This document shows, piece after piece, positions 40,904 to 49,673 of a stretch of DNA of 64,000 nucleotides. This stretch comes from a virus (taxonomy: Duplodnaviria > Caudoviricetes), in IMG/VR virus record IMGVR_UViG_3300016649_000355; one strand, written 5' to 3'. The notes beneath the pieces were generated by a model. It worked only from the letters and a program-made list of their open reading frames with translations, did no database searches and was not told the DNA's origin. Position 1 is the stretch's first letter, and the number at the start of each line of letters is the position of its first letter. A program made the position numbers and the translations under genes.

Positions 40904-43228
40904 ATGAAAATAGCAATGATTGGTGTGGGTAAACTAGGTCAAGATTGTGCCGAAGTAATGGCAGAGTATCATGAGGTCACCGGCTATGATATAGAAATGC
41001 GAAGTCCTGCCAATTTCTCAATGGCATCATCGATCAGGGAAGCGATAACTGACAAAGAATTGATTTTTATTGCAGTGCCCACGCCACACTTTAATGGTTA
41101 CGGCGGTGAAGAGCCTACCAGTCATAAAATTCCGGAAAACTTCGATTTATCTATTGTTATTAGTACATTGCAAGAGATCAATAATTATGTAAACTCTAAT
41201 CAAATTGTGGTGTTAATAAGCACTGTATTACCGGGTTCTTGTCGTAATACTTTAAAAGAATTCATTAATAATGCTACTTTTATCTATAATCCATACTTGA
41301 TTGCTATGGGTACCACTAAGCATGATATGGTAAATCCTGAAATGATGATTATAGGGACAGAGTTAGGAAAAATAGATCATAGCGTAAATAAATTGATAGA
41401 TTTTTATAAACCATTAATGCAAAATAATCCTAGATTTGAAATAGGCACATGGGATGAAGCAGAAGCAATAAAAATTTTTTATAATACATTCATCAGCACT
41501 AAAGTTGCATTTGTAAATATGATACAGGATGTTGCTGAAATCAATGGACACATGGATGTGGATGTTGTTACGAACGCTCTTTCAAAAAGCACATACAGAA
41601 TAACAGGACCTGCATATATGAAAGCGGGGATGGGGGACGGAGGGGCATGTCATCCTAGAGACAACATTGCATTGCGTTGGTTATCTAGAAAATATGATCT
41701 AGGCTATGACTTGTTTAGTAGCATAATGACATCCAGGGAAGTTCAGGCAAAACGGTTAGCGAAAAAATGTTTAGAATATGGAAAAAATATCACTATAATA
41801 GGTAAGGCATATAAGCCAAAGGTTCCTTATACTCATGGAAGTAGCAGCCTCTTAGTAGCTCATTATATTAGTGAAATGGGAGGAACGGTTCATTTTTATG
41901 ATAAAAACACCGGTGATACCGATTTAAAACTAGATTGGACAGAAGTTTACATGATAGGTTATTGGGATGAATGGTTCGATATTGAACAGATAACATCCCC
42001 CGCATACATAATAGATCCGTGGCGTGTTTCTGATACTAATAAAAACAAAAAGATAATACATTATGGAAATACAAAAAGTCGTAATAGTCTTTATTCAAAA
42101 GAACCGTATAGGAAATACAGTTTAGATTCTCAAGAAGATATGAAAAGAAATTTATTGAAAATTCTACCCGAATTTAAAAATGTTGAAAATGAAGTATATT
42201 TCATATATTCCGGATGTCACAAGGATTATAGTATCCTGCGCCCCAGTGATGAAACATTACAGGATGATATCTTAGAAGCATTGAGGACTGGTAAAAAATA
42301 TCTGGTATTTCATTGTGAGATGGAAACTATAATTTTATCGATCATCGATAAAATACACAGATGCTTGACTAATATTAAAGATTTAATTAATTTTGATAAT
42401 GTGTATTTTGTTACTGGTGCAGTATCGGTTAAAGATGGCTATGAAAAATATTGCCAAGAAAACAATGTAAGTATACGGATGAAAATAATTGAAACATGGT
42501 TTTTTGAATGGATAGCAAAAGATTCACATGGGCATTTGCAATATGCTCATGGAGAATACCAAACACAAATACATAAATCTAAATTATTTTTAAGTTATAA
42601 TAAAATGCCTAGAGAGCATAGAATTGTTTTGATAGAAAAATTATTGAAAAAAGACCTTTTACATAATAGCTATTATTCGTTTTATGCGGATCAAATGGAA
42701 ATAGAATCTTTTGATTCGAATAAATTTCCGTTGCTCAAATCAATAAAAGATAAATTTCCGATCAGATTGGGAAATGATGGGAATTTAAATCCTGTTAAAA
42801 TTGTTCCTGAAGATTATAATCATTTTGATAATTCTTTGTTTTCTTTAGTAACAGAAACAATTTTTTATTCAGATTTTACTGGAAAAAATCATACCATGCA
42901 TACTTTAAAAGATTGTTTATTTTTCAGTGAAAAAATATTTAAACCAATTATCATGCAACATCCCTTCTTATTAGTAAGCCGCCCTGGAAGCCTTAAAAAA
43001 TTGAGAGAAAGGGGATATAAAACTTTTGCCGGTATAATTGACGAATCTTATGACGAAGAGTATGATGATGATAAAAGAATGGAATCGATAGTAAACGAGG
43101 TTCAAAGACTTTCTAGAATGGGCGGTATAGAAGTTTTAGATTTTAAAGAAAAAATAAAACCAATTGTTGAGTGGAACAAAATCAATTTTTACCAAGATAA
43201 ATCATACAGTGATTTTAAACTTAACTAG
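40904..43228 (+). CDS. UDP-glucose/GDP-mannose dehydrogenase family protein fused to the recurrent GT10-like domain
   Basis: IGVGKLG, FIAVPTP, KIFYNTFISTK, GDGGACHPRD (catalytic Cys), GKAYKP. The C-terminal ~380 aa has SYNKMPREHR, LVTET, SEKIFKPI..HPF, DESYD. Confidence 0.85.
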   Translation: MKIAMIGVGKLGQDCAEVMAEYHEVTGYDIEMRSPANFSMASSIREAITDKELIFIAVPTPHFNGYGGEEPTSHKIPENFDLSIVISTLQEINNYVNSNQIVVLISTVLPGSCRNTLKEFINNATFIYNPYLIAMGTTKHDMVNPEMMIIGTELGKIDHSVNKLIDFYKPLMQNNPRFEIGTWDEAEAIKIFYNTFISTKVAFVNMIQDVAEINGHMDVDVVTNALSKSTYRITGPAYMKAGMGDGGACHPRDNIALRWLSRKYDLGYDLFSSIMTSREVQAKRLAKKCLEYGKNITIIGKAYKPKVPYTHGSSSLLVAHYISEMGGTVHFYDKNTGDTDLKLDWTEVYMIGYWDEWFDIEQITSPAYIIDPWRVSDTNKNKKIIHYGNTKSRNSLYSKEPYRKYSLDSQEDMKRNLLKILPEFKNVENEVYFIYSGCHKDYSILRPSDETLQDDILEALRTGKKYLVFHCEMETIILSIIDKIHRCLTNIKDLINFDNVYFVTGAVSVKDGYEKYCQENNVSIRMKIIETWFFEWIAKDSHGHLQYAHGEYQTQIHKSKLFLSYNKMPREHRIVLIEKLLKKDLLHNSYYSFYADQMEIESFDSNKFPLLKSIKDKFPIRLGNDGNLNPVKIVPEDYNHFDNSLFSLVTETIFYSDFTGKNHTMHTLKDCLFFSEKIFKPIIMQHPFLLVSRPGSLKKLRERGYKTFAGIIDESYDEEYDDDKRMESIVNEVQRLSRMGGIEVLDFKEKIKPIVEWNKINFYQDKSYSDFKLN

Positions 43229-43229
43229 A

Positions 43230-43237
43230 TGTAAATA
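43230..43237 (+). promoter_or_regulatory. Putative late-promoter motif TGTAAATA
   Basis: Intergenic, before the AGGA RBS and TTG start. Confidence 0.35.
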
Positions 43238-43254
43238 TAAAAAGGAAAGTAATT

Positions 43255-45537
43255 TTGGATTTTAATCTTCAATCGTTGGCAGTCAAAAAACTTCTACCAA
43301 AAGATAGACCGCCTGAAGATGTAGCAGACCAAAGACATATGAGCATGCTTGAGGCAATCGCCCCATATGCAAAACCCCACATACAAAAAAATCTTACACC
43401 TGTATATGTAGATTACAAAACTAGAAATACAAAAATGATTCTTGTTTTGTGTCCTGAATGGAGTCCGTGGTTTCCCCCGTTCAATCTTGCACGACTGAGT
43501 GGGGTATGCAAGAGCGCAGGATACGAAACACATATTATTGATCTGAATATTCGTGCATTTCATGAATATCAAAATGATTGGGCCCCAAATAACAAATTGC
43601 CCTTTAGATTGTGGGATCCTAGTGCTAGCTGGCACTGGCTAGGTAACACATACATGAAAGATATACATCCACTGCTTGAACCTTTGTTATCAAAAGCAGT
43701 AGATGAAATTCTTGACATGAAGCCTGATATTGTTGGATTTTCTATATATTATATCAGCGAAGAACCCACTAAGTGGATGTGCCAAGAGATTAAACGCAGA
43801 GCCCCTCATATCAAGATTGCTGTAGGTGGGAGTAATGTTCAACAGGCTTGGTTCAATAGGCAGAAATATTACGATTATGTTGTAAGTGGAGAAGGCGAAC
43901 AAAATATTCTCAAGATACTAGATGAAGTTGAGAATAAGGTCACCCATAGTGAAACACAGTATTTGACACAACCTGAAGACGAAAGAATCAATCTCAACGG
44001 TCTTCCTATGCCAGACTACGAGAGCATTGATTTCAGTCAATATCTTATTCCCAATGGAGTTAATAGCGAAATCAGTCGAGGATGTACCGCAAAATGTACA
44101 TTCTGCGAAGAAACACATTTCTGGAAATACAGACAACGCCAGGCAGTTGATCTTGTAACTGAAGTAGAATGGTTATATTATAACAAAGGAACCGATGTAA
44201 TATGGTTCATAGATAGCTTGATCAATGGAAACCCTAAGGAACTCAGGGCATTTGCATTAGCACTAAAGACTAAAGGGTTGAATGTCAAGTTCACGGGATA
44301 TGCTAGATGTGATGGTAGAATGGATTATGAATATCTAAAGGATCTAGCGGAAGGCGGGTGTATCATGTTTAACTTTGGCATTGAGTCAGGTTCACAAAAA
44401 GTCCTAGACGATATGGCAAAGGGAGTTACCATTAAAGAGATGGAACAAAATTTCATCGACTGCAAGAAAGTAGGCATATGGTGTGCCACTAACTGGATCG
44501 TTGGTTTCCCCACAGAAGATTTCCAAGACTTTGCTGACAGCATGACATTTTTATGGCGTGTTAGAAATAATAACATCAACAATGTGGGTGCAGGAGTAGG
44601 ATATGGCTTAGGTCCTGAAACTATCGTAGGACAAAATCCCTATAAGTTCAATGTGAGTTATCAGAAATATCAGAATCATTGGATCACTAGAGATTTTACT
44701 AAAGGTGGAACTCATGTCATGATCCGTGTAAAAACATTTCACATGTTTTTAGATTTCATGCAAGGATGCACTGATGTTCCTTTTGGATATCCCATTAGAT
44801 TTAATCTAGCCAAAGAGCATTATAAAATTCAACTTCATAATCCAAATACACGGCGTGAAATTGAATATGAAAAGTTTGATTATAATATCATTCCTCCGGT
44901 TGATCCTAAAAACCCCTTCGCCAACACACTTGTAAATGAGATGTGGCCGTTCTTTAGGATGTTATGGAAAACTCGCGGCGGCTATACTGCTGAAGTTTAT
45001 TATAATCCTGAAATTGATCTCAAAGAGTTTGGATCTCAGTACGGTCCGGGAATGTTGAATGCAACATATAAATTTACAATCGACGACGGGGGCGAATGGC
45101 AGGCTGATTTTGACATAAAATTTGATCAGGTAGATAATCACTTTGATACTAGAGAACCTCCACCTAAAGGACGAAAAGGTCCTTTCTATGCACAAGATTA
45201 TTCTAGACTGCAAAGTAATCCTGGAAAAAGAGCGAGGCGAATTGCCAAACCCGAATGGGAAGATCCTGATTCAGGCAGGGGAGTCAAAGAATTCAATGAC
45301 CTCTTAGAGGAAGAGCTACGATTAAATGCTACGATAGATTTTAGTTTTCATACAAAATACAAAGCAAAAGGTAACTGGAATAACTATAAGATATATGAAG
45401 TAGAGGTATCAAATGTTAAACGCGAAGAAATTCCTGAAAAGCAGCAGATGTATGAAAGCCCCAAGGTTGAAATTAAACCAATGACTGTGAGTTTATCTGA
45501 TATCAAAAACAGGCGTAAGGCCGCCTTTCCATTATGA
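43255..45537 (+). CDS. B12-binding-domain radical SAM protein (class B-like) with N- and C-terminal extensions
   Basis: IVGFSIYY, IAVGG, GEGEQ, EISRGCTAKCTFCEE, FGIESGSQKVL, IVGFPTE. Confidence 0.85.
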   Translation: MDFNLQSLAVKKLLPKDRPPEDVADQRHMSMLEAIAPYAKPHIQKNLTPVYVDYKTRNTKMILVLCPEWSPWFPPFNLARLSGVCKSAGYETHIIDLNIRAFHEYQNDWAPNNKLPFRLWDPSASWHWLGNTYMKDIHPLLEPLLSKAVDEILDMKPDIVGFSIYYISEEPTKWMCQEIKRRAPHIKIAVGGSNVQQAWFNRQKYYDYVVSGEGEQNILKILDEVENKVTHSETQYLTQPEDERINLNGLPMPDYESIDFSQYLIPNGVNSEISRGCTAKCTFCEETHFWKYRQRQAVDLVTEVEWLYYNKGTDVIWFIDSLINGNPKELRAFALALKTKGLNVKFTGYARCDGRMDYEYLKDLAEGGCIMFNFGIESGSQKVLDDMAKGVTIKEMEQNFIDCKKVGIWCATNWIVGFPTEDFQDFADSMTFLWRVRNNNINNVGAGVGYGLGPETIVGQNPYKFNVSYQKYQNHWITRDFTKGGTHVMIRVKTFHMFLDFMQGCTDVPFGYPIRFNLAKEHYKIQLHNPNTRREIEYEKFDYNIIPPVDPKNPFANTLVNEMWPFFRMLWKTRGGYTAEVYYNPEIDLKEFGSQYGPGMLNATYKFTIDDGGEWQADFDIKFDQVDNHFDTREPPPKGRKGPFYAQDYSRLQSNPGKRARRIAKPEWEDPDSGRGVKEFNDLLEEELRLNATIDFSFHTKYKAKGNWNNYKIYEVEVSNVKREEIPEKQQMYESPKVEIKPMTVSLSDIKNRRKAAFPL

Positions 45538-46121
45538 TCAAAGTAAAAGAATTTGAAGATATAGTGAAAACATTTTACAATGCACCATATGCTGTTGCAG
45601 TAGATTGTTGTACACATGCGATTGAACTTTGTCTCAGGCTTAAACAGCCATTGCAAGCATTTTGCCCTTTACACACCTATGTGAGTGTTCCAATGACACT
45701 TAAAAAATTAAATATATCATGGACATGGACTGATTTACAATGGGAAAATTATTATCATATCACTAGTGATATAATTGATGCAGCAGTATATTGGCAAGAA
45801 AACGGATATAAACCCAATACAATGATGTGTTTAAGTTTTCAATTTAAGAAACATTTAAATATTGGACGAGGTGGAATGATATTATTAGACAATGAAAGTG
45901 ATTACACACAATTATGTAAAATGCGATATGACGGTAGATTAGAAGATATACCCTGGATGGAACAAAATATAGACACAATGGGATATCATTATTATATGAC
46001 ACCTGAATCAGCCGAGATAGGTATAAAAAAATTTTATCAAGTAAGAAATTTCAAAGCAAAAAAATGGTCGTATAAAGATTATCCGGACCTTACAAAAATG
46101 AGGGTTTTTGAAAATGATTGA
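45534..46121 (+). CDS. Shortened DegT/DnrJ/EryC1/StrS-family PLP aminotransferase (195 aa)
   Basis: AVDCCTHAIELCL, TYVSV, IDAA (PLP Asp), LSFQFKKHLNIGRGGMI (catalytic Lys region), GYHYYM. Confidence 0.75.
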   Translation: MIKVKEFEDIVKTFYNAPYAVAVDCCTHAIELCLRLKQPLQAFCPLHTYVSVPMTLKKLNISWTWTDLQWENYYHITSDIIDAAVYWQENGYKPNTMMCLSFQFKKHLNIGRGGMILLDNESDYTQLCKMRYDGRLEDIPWMEQNIDTMGYHYYMTPESAEIGIKKFYQVRNFKAKKWSYKDYPDLTKMRVFEND

Positions 46122-47085
46122 TAGCAAGAATGAATGGTCGCCCTTGAAGAAAGTTATTGTTGGTTCTGCCGATTATGCTAGAATTCCCCCCTTAGACATA
46201 AGTTTAAGAACAGTCAGCTATAGCCATACTAAAAATCTCGATGAGATCGCAAGAGAGGGTTTATTTCCCGAAAAGGTAATACAAGAAGCAAATGAAGATG
46301 TAGATCGTTTAGCACAAGAATTTACAAAACTAGGAATAGAGGTATTTAGACCTAAAAATGTTCCTACCCCTTACTATAATTTTTGTCCTAGGGACCTAGC
46401 AATAATTGCAGGAAATAGATCAATAATAACGCCAATGGCATTACAAAGTAGGAAACTTGATCATAAAAACATAGAACATCTATTAGATAGTCCAACATAT
46501 ATACCAAATAACAATGAAGATATCAATTACAATGATCTTAGTATAGGTAATAAAGACATATTAGCATTACACGAACTACATCCTAAGTTTGATGCAGCGA
46601 ATGTGATCAGGGCAAACAATGATTTATTATATCTGGTAAGCAATAGTGGTAATAAAAAGGGAGCATATCATCTACAAGAATTATTAGGGTTTGAGTATAA
46701 AGTGCATTTGCTTGAGGGAGTATATAGTTATATGCATATAGACAGCACAGTTGCATTTTTGCGAGAAGGATTGATGCTATTGAATCCTAGTAGAATTCCC
46801 GATAAATCAGTTATGCCTAAACCGTTTTGTGATTGGGATGCAATATACTGCCCTGAACCAATTGATATTGGATTTACAACTGGTCATAATAATGCAAGCC
46901 CCTGGGTCAATGTAAATTTAGTATCTATTAATGAAAATCTTGTAGTACTTGAAGAACACCAAGAACCCACACGCAAAGCACTAGAAAAATACGGAATCGA
47001 TTGTTTGATGCTGCCCATGCGACATGCTAGAACATTGGGAGGTTGTTTTCACTGTGTGACATTGGATTTAGTGAGAGAAGGATAA
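46114..47085 (+). CDS. Amidinotransferase (AGAT/StrB1 family)
   Basis: NEWSPLK.VIVG, FCPRD, FDAANV, HIDST, LGGCFHC.TLD. The ATG at 46114 is preferred to the TTG at 46108. Confidence 0.85.
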   Translation: MIDSKNEWSPLKKVIVGSADYARIPPLDISLRTVSYSHTKNLDEIAREGLFPEKVIQEANEDVDRLAQEFTKLGIEVFRPKNVPTPYYNFCPRDLAIIAGNRSIITPMALQSRKLDHKNIEHLLDSPTYIPNNNEDINYNDLSIGNKDILALHELHPKFDAANVIRANNDLLYLVSNSGNKKGAYHLQELLGFEYKVHLLEGVYSYMHIDSTVAFLREGLMLLNPSRIPDKSVMPKPFCDWDAIYCPEPIDIGFTTGHNNASPWVNVNLVSINENLVVLEEHQEPTRKALEKYGIDCLMLPMRHARTLGGCFHCVTLDLVREG

Positions 47086-47087
47086 AA

Positions 47088-48845
47088 ATGTCGTTATTCA
47101 GGGGCAAGTTCACGAATGGGCACATAGGAAGATTTTGGGATGAAGAGTATAAGGATCTTGCTTATGTGAGGCAACCCCTGCTTGATTCTGAGATTGAAAA
47201 TTGGAGATCACAGGGATATGATCATGTAAAAAGTTTCAGCGGCAGCATGTACGATAATAGAAATCCACTACCGCACTGGGTGAAAAATTTTGATGGTTTA
47301 TTTCGACAATTAGAAAATAAAACCTACAATTTCTATAAGATGCAGACATTAGAGATAATGCCTTTGCATTCAGATCACTATCAAACTTATATCAAATTGT
47401 TTAATGCTAATCCTGAAAATGTTTATAGGATGGTTTTATTTCTTGAAGATTGGAAATCTGGTCATTATTTTGAAATAGATGGGCATGCTATCACTAATTG
47501 GGTAGCAGGTGAATGGTTTATGTGGAGGGGAGATACACCACACGCCGCAAGCAATATAGGGATCGAAGATAGATATACCTTGCAAATTACAGGCGAGCAT
47601 AAGAGAGCAGATGATGCTTTTTCTAATTTGCATTGGTTCAACTTTAGCGATAACCCCACAAAAAAACTTACCCTGGACAATTATTTTATAAACTATTTAA
47701 AACCAATTGTAGACGATACTAGACCTTTTTACATCTATATGTTAAATAGGAATTTAGAAGAACTTAACGATATAAATCATTCAACTGAAATGATACAGTA
47801 TTATAATCAAGTGGGAATTACATTTCATCTTTTTGAGCCTTTATGTAGTTATCAAGATTCTATCAAAGATTTTTTTCATGAACAGTTTTATCAAGAATTT
47901 TCAAATAAAATCACGCATGATCAACTGCGGGCCGAAGAGCTTGATACAATTTATGATTATGCCATCAGGAATAAACTCACAAATGTTACTGTAAAAACCG
48001 GTGACTATGGTGTTGAGAGTTGGTATACTTATTATCAAAATGTACTTAAATTAGAATGTGATGATTTATTTTTAAAATCTATTCCATTAAATAAAAAAAT
48101 CAAATCTGAAACTAATTTCAATATCAATAAAAAATTCATATCTATGAATTGGAGATACACTCCTCATAGACATTTAATCGCATCATATCTGACTAACTAC
48201 GATGGTAATTATAGTTTTTATTTTAAAGGAGATTTTTCCTCCATATGCAAACTTAATTGGTTAGATTGGGAAAATCAAATTGTAAAATCATCTAGATATC
48301 CGGCAGTCATAAAAGGTATAAATTTTTTAAATCAAAACAGCCCACTATGCTTAGACATTACATCAGATGAAGCAACACTGGTTCGAGAAAAAAGTGGCGG
48401 TTTTAATTATTGGCCTAAAACAAAACTTTACGGAATGGGGCAAACACCTGCGATTCATAATCCAAATGAAAACAATATTCAAGAATTTTATGATCAATCA
48501 TTTGTTGATATCGTAACAGAATCAAGATTTGCGCAACCAACAGCAAATTATAGCGAAAAAACATATCAAGCCATACAATACAAAAGACCTTTCATTTTAG
48601 CGGCACCCCCGCAGACATTAAAATATTTAAAAGAACAGGGATTTCAAACATTTAGCGACTATTGGGATGAAAGTTATGACGATGAATTTGATCACGGAAA
48701 ACGATTAGTAAAAATTTATGATTTGATCGACTACATCGGTAATAAATCTATAGAAGAGCTATCAGAAATGTTAAAACAAATGAAAAATATTCTAGAATTT
48801 AACTATCATCATTTTAAAGAAAACAAGGCGAATAAAAATGGATAA
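47088..48845 (+). CDS. 2OG-Fe(II) oxygenase-like domain fused to the recurrent GT10-like domain
   Basis: N-terminal PLHSDHY (HxD)...PHAASN (H)...RYTLQITG; C-terminal SMNWRYTPHR, IVTES, SEKTYQAI..RPF, YWDESYD. The ATG at 47088 follows the upstream stop. Confidence 0.6.
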   Translation: MSLFRGKFTNGHIGRFWDEEYKDLAYVRQPLLDSEIENWRSQGYDHVKSFSGSMYDNRNPLPHWVKNFDGLFRQLENKTYNFYKMQTLEIMPLHSDHYQTYIKLFNANPENVYRMVLFLEDWKSGHYFEIDGHAITNWVAGEWFMWRGDTPHAASNIGIEDRYTLQITGEHKRADDAFSNLHWFNFSDNPTKKLTLDNYFINYLKPIVDDTRPFYIYMLNRNLEELNDINHSTEMIQYYNQVGITFHLFEPLCSYQDSIKDFFHEQFYQEFSNKITHDQLRAEELDTIYDYAIRNKLTNVTVKTGDYGVESWYTYYQNVLKLECDDLFLKSIPLNKKIKSETNFNINKKFISMNWRYTPHRHLIASYLTNYDGNYSFYFKGDFSSICKLNWLDWENQIVKSSRYPAVIKGINFLNQNSPLCLDITSDEATLVREKSGGFNYWPKTKLYGMGQTPAIHNPNENNIQEFYDQSFVDIVTESRFAQPTANYSEKTYQAIQYKRPFILAAPPQTLKYLKEQGFQTFSDYWDESYDDEFDHGKRLVKIYDLIDYIGNKSIEELSEMLKQMKNILEFNYHHFKENKANKNG

Positions 48846-49584
48846 AATTTTATTGATTGCTGGATGCAGCCATGCCGCAGGATCTGAAATTGACGGATCA
48901 CAGGACAGTGAATACAACAGAAGAATGTGTTTTGGTTCACAATTAGCACTTAATCTAGAGTATAGACCGTTAAACATCTGTGTGCCCGGTGCTACTAATA
49001 GTTCAATAGCAAGGAGTGTGTTAAAATGGTTTGAATCTGAATACGATGAAAATACACAAGATGTTAAAGTACTGGTTGCTTGGACTGATAGTACAAGGAT
49101 AGAAGTTCCCGCAGATCATGCAAATGTTTATGAATTGAGTTGCCCAAATATTAACTGGATGGATGTGACCGCAAGAATGTTTTATAGGGTAAGTTTAGGT
49201 GCAGATGGTCCTACTGCACAACAAAAAAAGATTTTTAAATATTTTCATAAACACATAGCGGATTATGAAAATATGTTAGAGATTCAAACTCTGATTCAAA
49301 TTTTGATGTTGCAATACTTTTTTCAACAAAACAACATCAACTATTTGATGTGCAATAGTATGCCAGTAATAAACACTAAAAATCCACACGCAGAATACTA
49401 TCAAAGTCTTATTAATCTAAATAATTATACTGACATGCACAATCCAGATGAAGCATTTTACTTTAAATATAAAAAAATGGGTTATACTAATCCACTGGCT
49501 AAATACTGGCATCACGGGGAAGAACCTCATGCATTATATGCATCTCACTTATTAAATTTCGCAAAGGAAAATAAATGTTTATAA
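48838..49584 (+). CDS. SGNH/GDSL-like protein
   Basis: AGCSHAAGSE, NICVPGATN, YWHHGEEPH. Confidence 0.5.
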   Translation: MDKILLIAGCSHAAGSEIDGSQDSEYNRRMCFGSQLALNLEYRPLNICVPGATNSSIARSVLKWFESEYDENTQDVKVLVAWTDSTRIEVPADHANVYELSCPNINWMDVTARMFYRVSLGADGPTAQQKKIFKYFHKHIADYENMLEIQTLIQILMLQYFFQQNNINYLMCNSMPVINTKNPHAEYYQSLINLNNYTDMHNPDEAFYFKYKKMGYTNPLAKYWHHGEEPHALYASHLLNFAKENKCL

Positions 49585-49673
49585 TTCGTTTTTTTAAAAA
49601 CTTAGTCAAAGAATACAAATATCGCAAACGCCTCAAAGAATTACGAAAAAGAGATCCTTTCATTTACAAATGA
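49575..49673 (+). CDS. Small basic protein (32 aa), absent from the ORF track
   Basis: MFIIRFFKNLVKEYKYRKRLKELRKRDPFIYK*. It overlaps the upstream stop region and has an ATGA overlap with the carbamoyltransferase. Confidence 0.65.
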   Translation: MFIIRFFKNLVKEYKYRKRLKELRKRDPFIYK

